Assembly: GCA_024626585.2 (NCBI GenBank)
Contig: JANKJI020000004.1
Coordinates: forward strand, 93,203,084 to 93,221,126
Length of the DNA stretch: 18,043 bases
Source of the DNA: Ginkgo biloba
Taxonomy: Eukaryota > Plantae > Ginkgophyta
Direction of reading: 5' to 3'
Positions 11,348 to 18,043 of the stretch are shown here, piece by piece; position 1 is the stretch's first letter, and every line of letters starts with the position of its first letter. Below the pieces are notes generated by a model, which saw only the letters and a program-made list of their open reading frames with translations, had not been told where the DNA came from and ran no database searches. The translations under genes were made by a program, and so were the position numbers.

Positions 11348-11776
11348 TATAATAGCTTTACTACCTATCACCTATAAATAAGAAGCTCAACAAACATCCA
11401 TTAACTCATCACTATTGTAAATCCTCAACATATATAGGTACATAGATGGCATTGCTATCTAAGGGAACATGGCATAAGAAAACAACATCCGCTATAGGCC
11501 TTAGGGACAACCTTGGGACTTATGACTTTGTAGATGTTAGCAAGATTCTAGTGACAAGATGGATTAGTTAAGTAAACGATGATACATATGATGATAGATA
11601 ATGGTGGCGTCAGATAATGTGGCAGCCTTAAGGGCCCAACACATGATGTGGCATGGTGACATGGTAGATTTGTTAAAGTGGCACATGCATAAAACCACAT
11701 TAATTCATGATTAGCAACATTTATTACTGATCAAAGCTAGTCAAAGTTGGTCAAAGCCATAGACACAAGGATAACA
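11348..11776 (-). mobile_element. Putative 5' LTR (about 430 bp)
   Basis: Immediately upstream of the PBS. On the minus strand it begins TGTTAT (11776) and ends ATTATA (degenerate ...CA), with a TATA-like CCTATATATG near 11429-11438. The outer boundary is inferred, and there is no second LTR copy in the window. Confidence 0.45.
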
Positions 11777-12420
11777 TATGTGCCTTCTTGTATCTTCTTC
11801 CCTATACACTCAGATTTGCATTTGCATTTTATGATGTAACAGTTTTGTGCTTACAACACAAAATGTATGCTAAAAATGTAAGACCTAGTAATGTTGGAAA
11901 TGAATTTTCAGTTCTATTGCTTACATTATTAAAGTTTACTAGCCAACAATAATTGAAACAACANNNNNNNNNNNNNNNNNNNNNNNNNNNNNNNNNNNNN
12001 NNNNNNNNNNNNNNNNNNNNNNNNNNNNNNNNNNNNNNNNNNNNNNNNNNNNNNNNNNNNNNNNNNNNNNNNNNNNNNNNNNNNNNNNNNNNNNNNNNNN
12101 NNNNNNNNNNNNNNNNNNNNNNNNNNNNNNNNNNNNNNNNNNNNNNNNNNNNNNNNNNNNNNNNNNNNNNNNNNNNNNNNNNNNNNNNCAATTTACCTTA
12201 GAGGTCCAACCTAGCACATGTAATTACTTTTTGTAATCCTTTACACATGACAAATTTAAAGATAGTAGGTTCAACCTCCTCAAAGTTCAATTTTCCAGTT
12301 TACTATTTATTAGATTAGTTTGGAGAATAGTGTGAGATAAAAAATCGACCTTTTGGAGCAACCTAAAGTAACTTTCAACCCAAATTAACAAGTTGCGCTG
12401 AAGTACTTATGGAGTGAGAC

Positions 12421-12513
12421 AAATGTAGGAATGACCTTTTAGAATCGGCCCAAATGTAGAAATGACGTTTTGGAATAGGTTGAGTTGCAAAAATGGCATT
12501 TTGAAGAAGGTCA
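12421..12513. repeat. Degenerate 31-bp tandem repeat (about 3 copies) in LTR-like sequence downstream of the chromovirus pol
   Basis: AAATGTAGGAATGACCTTTTAGAATCGGCCC / AAATGTAGAAATGACGTTTTGGAATAGGTTG / AGTTGCAAAAATGGCATTTTGAAGAAGGTCA. Confidence 0.65.
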
Positions 12514-12589
12514 ATTTTTTATGACCTTCTAGACCAAGTCCCAAGTGTCCCTGAGTGTTACATGTTAATACATCTAGGCAAATTACACC

Positions 12590-13531
12590 TTTAGAAAGCA
12601 GAAAAGTGCTAAGTTAACCAATGAACTGATGAGGTCCACTTCCCGAACAAAAGTTGTTGATTCCCATGTAGCCTTGTCAATGGTTTTATTAGACGATTCT
12701 ACAAGGTACTCTTCCATTTCTTATCTTTAAAGCCTCCTGTTTCTCTCATCAACTATGTTGATTTGATCATGGACCTCCTAATCCATTTCTTGCACATCCA
12801 CAAAAGCCGACATAATATTGTCAAAATGTGAAAATGCGCTTTTCAAGAAGCCTATGTGAAATATTGGAGGCATCTTAACATGGGTAGGTAAATATAATCC
12901 ATAAGTCGCTTCATTTTTTTCCTCCAAAATTTTTAAAGGTCCATAGTACCTTGGTGACAACTTGGTATAACTTCTCGTCGACAACAAACTACTTGGTTTA
13001 ACTTGACCATATACCGTATTCCCCATTTCAAAAGATCTTAACAATTGATGCTAGTCAACATATAGTTTGGCATGATCTTGGGCTTGTTCTATATTCCTTT
13101 GGCATTCTCTTAATTCTTCCTGCATTTGCTCCAACCTCTGTAAGGAAACTTGTGTCTTTCCTCAAAGGAAAATCTAAGGGAATGAGAGGATCACACCTGT
13201 AGATGGATCGAAACAAAGTCATTCTTGTTGTTGTTTGCTATTATTATGAGAGAACTTCACAAAAAGGAGATTTGTTTCCCAACTTGCTTGCTTACTCACC
13301 ACAATTGACCCCAACTTGTCTCCATGATTTGATTTACAATCTTTGTCTATCCATCAATTTGAGGGGGATTGCCACTATTGAAATTTAAATGAAGTCTTTC
13401 CATAGATGGTTTGTAAACTTTGTATCTCAACTGCTTACAATGTTTTTTGGTACCCCAATTATTGTGAATATTTCATCTGTCATAATGTCTTCAATGTCTT
13501 TGCCCTCGTGTGTCATGTGGCAAGGAATGGC
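12590..13531 (-). mobile_element. Ty3/gypsy (chromovirus-type) integrase core end, GPY/F region and chromodomain remnant
   Basis: RSFEMGNTVY...KLSPRYYGPLKILEEKNEATYGLYLP...IFHIGFLK, then IVDERNRRL*R*EMEEYLVESSNKTIDKATWE (chromodomain pattern I.D.R.R......EYLV.W......ATWE). Confidence 0.9.
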
Positions 13532-13631
13532 NNNNNNNNNNNNNNNNNNNNNNNNNNNNNNNNNNNNNNNNNNNNNNNNNNNNNNNNNNNNNNNNNNNNN
13601 NNNNNNNNNNNNNNNNNNNNNNNNNNNNNNN

Positions 13632-14968
13632 AACCTCAACATGTCTTCCTTGTTTTGATTTACCATCTTTGTTTGTCCATTGGTTTAAAGATGATCTCCG
13701 CTCCACTACTTGAATTTAATTTAGTACCCAAGCTTTGAAAGAAGTCTTTCCACAGATGGCTTGTAAATCTTGTACCCTAATAGCTTACAATGTTCCTTGG
13801 TACTCTGATATTGGTGAAACAATTCCACTCTCATAATGTTTGCAATGTCTTTGGCTTTGTACATCATACAACAAGGAATGCATCTTGCCATTTTTGTTAG
13901 CTGATCCACCACAACCAAGATATGATCATGTTGCTTTTATGTTTTTGGAAGGGAAGTGACAAAATCCATTGAAATACTTTCGCATTTTCCTTCGGGAATG
14001 GACAACAACATAAGCAAGCCCGCCAGTTGATCCCTTTCTAGCTTATTGACTTGGCATTGCTCATGTGTTTTTACATTAATCCAAGATTTCTTCATATTTC
14101 TTCAATAAACATGTTTCTTTACTGCTTCATAAGTTTTGTCACATCCAATGTGACTTGTAAAAGTGTTGTCATGTAACTCATACAAGATTTTGTACTTTAG
14201 TTGTGCAATATCAGGGACTAAAATTTGTTGTCCGTGCAAAAAATATTGTGCTCCACTTAGACATTTTAAAGGTGATCCCCTTCTTCCAAAAATTTTGTTA
14301 TGCTTTGGCACCATTGGTCTTGCTTTTGAGCTTCTTTAATTTCATTCCTCAATGAGCCTTGCACTGACACGATACTATTTGCTTATGGCATCCTTGAAAG
14401 AGGATTAACTACCACATTCTCTTTCCCTAGTTGATAAATCAAGTTGGACAAAAAATCTTCATGATCATGGACCTTCCATATTGCCTAGATCCCAACTCCC
14501 CTTTCAAGTAGGAATGGAAGCAAGAGCTTGTGGTGTGTTACAACTTCAAATTCATTAGTCTTGAGGTAGTGCTTTAATGGCATGGACTATGACCAATACC
14601 TCTTACTCTTAGCGTGATTCATCTTATGGCTCTCCTATGCAACCACTTTTCCTTCTTAAGTCACAACCATATCAATTGCAATTCGATGTGCATCCATGAA
14701 AATGGTGAATAGTTTTGTTGGATTGGAAAATGTAAGAATCGGTGCTTTGGTCAACTTAAGCTTCAACAAATGGAAACTAGCTTGGCACTTCTCCATCAAA
14801 GTAAGTCTCGTAGACTTCTTTAGTGATTCTATTAGGGGTGCAACAATCTTGGAGAAATCTAGCTCAAATCTTCAATAGAAGCTCACTAAGATGAGGAGGC
14901 TTCTCAGTTCATGGACACGTATAAGTATTCTTGAATCATGAACAACTTGAATCTTCTCAAGGTCAACT
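13632..14968 (-). mobile_element. Ty3/gypsy pol remnant: RT thumb/RNase H, integrase HHCC zinc finger and catalytic core
   Basis: VDLEKIQVV...LRSLLILVSFY*RF...FSKIVAPL...LKLKLTKAPILTF...FTIFMDA; ILYELHDNTFTSHIGCDKTY...CQVNK...GLLMLLSIP...SISMDFVTSLPKT...ILVVVDQLTKMARCIPC. Multiple stops and frameshifts. Confidence 0.93.
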
Positions 14969-15261
14969 TATGTTACAAGCACGAAATTGCTAATGCGAAG
15001 AAAGAAGAGAGAAACTATGATTCAACATAAAGAAAAAAATATAAATTCAAACTTGAACGTAACGAAAAGAAGATACATGTTGAAGAAGATTCGACACTTC
15101 GACACTAGTTGATGCCAATTTGAACTAAGTACCTCTAGTTGAAGACCAACTTCAAAGAGAGNNNNNNNNNNNNNNNNNNNNNNNNNNNNNNNNNNNNNNN
15201 NNNNNNNNNNNNNNNNNNNNNNNNNNNNNNNNNNNNNNNNNNNNNNNNNNNNNNNNNNNNN

Positions 15262-17133
15262 GCAAGAATAGGGTTTAAAACAAGTAACTTAGCCATATGG
15301 AAGAAAGTTGTTTGTAATTCATCCATGGTCTTTAGAATACTCTATACAAGAAATGAAAAAAAAAATTATGTCAAGTTTGGGAGAAGGTTGAAGGCTTGCA
15401 TGTGACACTGTGAAAATTCTTGCTTGAAATTGTTTTTGGTTAGGAAAATCTATAGACATGGAAAAAGAAACATACTTCACCCTAAGGGCAAACTAAAAAG
15501 TTTGTGTTTCAGTGGACATGGATGCTACCCTTCCAGAAACAATAGATATTAAAATTGTAGAGCAAATAAAAGATCATAAAATTTCTTATTTTGGATTACC
15601 TAACTCACGTTTTTACTACAGGAAAAAGGACTGCCCTAAATTACAAATAAAGGCTAAACAGAACAACATAGAAAAACAATGGATAAAAGTGGAGAACCCA
15701 AAAATGATAATAATGGAAAAATTAAGGAACAAGAGTTAGAAACTAACATGGAAGAGGTAATTGAAATGTAGGATAAATTCCAAGATCCAAAGAACTTCTT
15801 GTGCCATATTTTCAATACACCAGGAAGTCATTGCCTATGTCTAATGATCCTCATGCATTTCTTTATGAAGATTCATTGGTCACTTAAAATGATTTACATA
15901 GTGTTGAGAATAGTTTGAGTGAATTGAAGACAAAAAAAGAAGAAAATTCTTATGGAGTACATGCCTTTTTAGACTCTGGAAACAAACATTTAAATAAATA
16001 ATGACAATCATCTCATGGAATATTAGAGGTTTGGAAGGGTTAGATAGAAGGGCAACAGGTTGAAGACTTAGGACTAGTCAAAAATTTAACATGCTATGTC
16101 TCCAAGAAAAAAATCATTCAAACTAAGTTGGAGAGAGCACTAGATTATATTTGTAGAGATACAGATCAAACCTTCACATATCATGTGGAAGGGAAAGGAG
16201 GTTTAGTTATCTTAGTTGACCCACTTTAGGAAGGAATTATTCTGAGAAAAGGAGTAAGCCCATGCAACAAAGTGGCATGGATAGTAGTTTTAAAATAAGA
16301 AAGAGTCTTTGGAGAAGCTTCTGTAAATGCTCCAAATGACTCTGAATAATAGGATAAATCTTTGGAATTGGTTGGCAAAATCAATAGAGGAAATTCCTTG
16401 GATATTGATACGAGACTTTAATATGATTGAGCATCAAAGTGATTTAAAAAGGTGGAAATAAATTAATCTATACTGCAAGAGAGAAGTGTGCATGGCTTAA
16501 CTATAAACTAAAATTGCAGATTAAAGACCCTATGTGGAAGACACAGAGAGATGAGAATTTGCCATGGTTCATATAGAGTAATATGCAAAGTGGAAAGAAA
16601 CGATTATTAGGGAGATTAGATTGTTGCTATATCCCAGCAAATGGAGGAGTTGTTGTGGAATTCCCAATAGTCTCTATTCTTCCTTCGGCTATCTTTCGTC
16701 ACTTCCCCATTTCCTATAAATTACACCAATATGGTAGCAATGATTTGGAACCAAAAGCACTCTTGTTTAAATTAAATGTCTCTTTAATGGANNNNNNNNN
16801 NNNNNNNNNNNNNNNNNNNNNNNNNNNNNNNNNNNNNNNNNNNNNNNNNNNNNNNNNNNNNNNNNNNNNNNNNNNNNNNNNNNNNNNNNNNTGGCTAGAA
16901 TTGTGCCAACTCTTGATTGCCATCCCATGAAGATCTACCACATCATTTTCTCATTGGAGGCACCCAACATTAGACCTTTGAGTTATTGCTTCAGAGTTTT
17001 GTCATTTGATTTGTTAAAGTGGTCTCTAATAGTGCCACAAATATCTATAGGGTCCACTTACAAGCTTCTTCATCAATTTCTTTGGATTTTACCTTTCGCA
17101 AGGTTAAGTTTGCATGATTTGATTGGCTTATAA
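15262..17133 (+). mobile_element. L1-type LINE remnant: ORF1 C-terminal part, ORF2 endonuclease (ATG 16001), gap, then probable post-RT ORF2 region
   Basis: ORF1: VDMDATLPETIDIK.....KISYFGLPNSRFYY..KDCP (decayed zinc knuckle). ORF2: MTIISWNIRGLEG...MLCLQEK...GKGGLVIL...APND...DFNMIE...RLLGRLDCCYI...RHFPI. After the gap: YKLLHQFLW. Confidence 0.88.
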
Positions 17134-17290
17134 CAACTTCATTTCCATTTCCTTAGCTGGACATACTCAAAGGTCAATTAGGTCACCACAACATGTCCAT
17201 AAAAGACATCAATCCCTCTGCGAATTATGTAGACAAGCATTCCTTACACCAATTAATGAGGCAAACATCTGTTTATATTAATTTATGGAC

Positions 17291-17367
17291 TGACTAGCCA
17301 TTCTATTGCCTAGATCAAAAAAATATAAGCTCTAAGTATGCTAAGAAATGACTAGCCATTCTATTGC
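17291..17367. repeat. 19-bp perfect direct repeat TGACTAGCCATTCTATTGC (17291-17309 and 17349-17367)
   Basis: Read directly; 39-bp A-rich spacer. Confidence 0.9.
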
Positions 17368-17372
17368 TAATA

Positions 17373-17700
17373 TCACAAAAATTGACACAACAATAAATGA
17401 CTTTTAGCAATCAACATAAAATTTACATAGAAGATTACCAAGGGTTTAAACCCGTCTATAGCCATGTCTTCAACTTTTTTGGCCTTCTGTCGAGAGAACC
17501 CTAAAACAAGGTTTTTTGGCCAAATCACAATCTTCTTCAAGCTCAACAAATCACTTCTATAGCTGCATGATGTAAGGCAAACCATCCTACTAGAAGGTGA
17601 ACTACTTTTAGCTTTAGAAGTAGAAGGGAAAACTACTCCCACTCTTTAGCATTGGAGGGTGAAATAGAAGTGTGGATGCCAAATTGCCTTAGGCCCCAAA
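17373..17700 (-). mobile_element. Possible L1 ORF1 N-terminal remnant
   Basis: LVLGFSRQKAKKVEDMAIDGFKPL......MLIAKSHLLLCQF loosely fits the start of DUF4283 (LV..F.....V..W....KP.......KG.FL..F). Confidence 0.35.
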
Positions 17701-17902
17701 TTGGCACTTGTCATACCTTTCTGAAATCCTTGGAGTAGGGCAAACTCAAAAATAGCAAGGCAAATTCCAAGCCATGGTTCTTTTGGATGTCTCTAAAGTA
17801 GGGGCAAAGTCAGTTTTAGAGTTGTCCAAAAGGGGTGAATTGCTTCAGAGGTCTCCAATTAGCTTCATAATCCTCAAAATGCAAGTCGATGTGTCTTTTT
17901 AG

Positions 17903-18043
17903 CAGGGTAGTTGGGTGCGCATCTCTAGTAGGGATGGTACCCACACCCGAGATGCAAGTGCAAGTATGCCCAGTACCAAGGATGGTCAAGCCGTACCCGA
18001 CCATCCCCGAGTTCCATCCCCCTGTCCCCACGGAAAAGGGCGG
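17903..18043. mobile_element. Terminus of a second copy of the GC-rich hAT/MITE-like element, starting CAGGGTAGTTGGGTGCG and truncated by the window end
   Basis: Colinear with the reverse complement of about 80-208 (CTATGTAGCCGGGTGCG...ACCCGCACACGAGACGCAGGTG...GCCGTACCCGACC), differing largely by transitions. Confidence 0.65.

Noticed and set aside
2279-16941. ORF-track entries containing X runs, and short hydrophobic ORFs (e.g. 6856-7170, 10340-10636, 10851-11153)
   Set aside because: These are artefacts of translating through N gaps, or antisense and AT-rich chance frames over transposon sequence.
1-18043. A novel prokaryotic-style system (CRISPR array, retron, defence operon)
   Set aside because: The DNA is eukaryotic and intron-like, with no intact genes. 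All repeats occur in only 2-3 copies without regular spacers, and the RT is an ordinary inactivated Ty3/gypsy enzyme.
51-18043. One 18-kb TIR element (Pack-type) that captured the FMT exon
   Set aside because: The homologous termini have their bodies extending outward from the window, so they appear to belong to two separate copies rather than enclosing one element.

Overview
This is AT-rich, CpG-poor eukaryotic DNA, most likely from a large-genome land plant, in a gapped scaffold with 11 N-runs (8 of them exactly 100 N, so probably placeholder gaps). The only recognisable host-gene sequence is one 71-nt, AG/GT-bounded exon at 1580-1650 (+). It encodes (G)[23 protein letters not shown], the catalytic motif of organellar methionyl-tRNA formyltransferase (FMT). 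The rest looks like very long intron filled with decayed transposons: several L1-type LINE remnants on both strands, Ty3/gypsy LTR-retrotransposon fragments (RT-RNaseH; a chromovirus-type pol with integrase and chromodomain; gag with PBS and LTR), and two homologous GC-rich DNA-transposon (hAT-like) ends at the window edges in inverted orientation. No intact ORF is present, and most ORF-track entries are spurious or run through N gaps. I found no evidence for a new biological system. The most notable points are the isolated exon in a probable >16-kb intron and the reversed transposon ends bracketing it.
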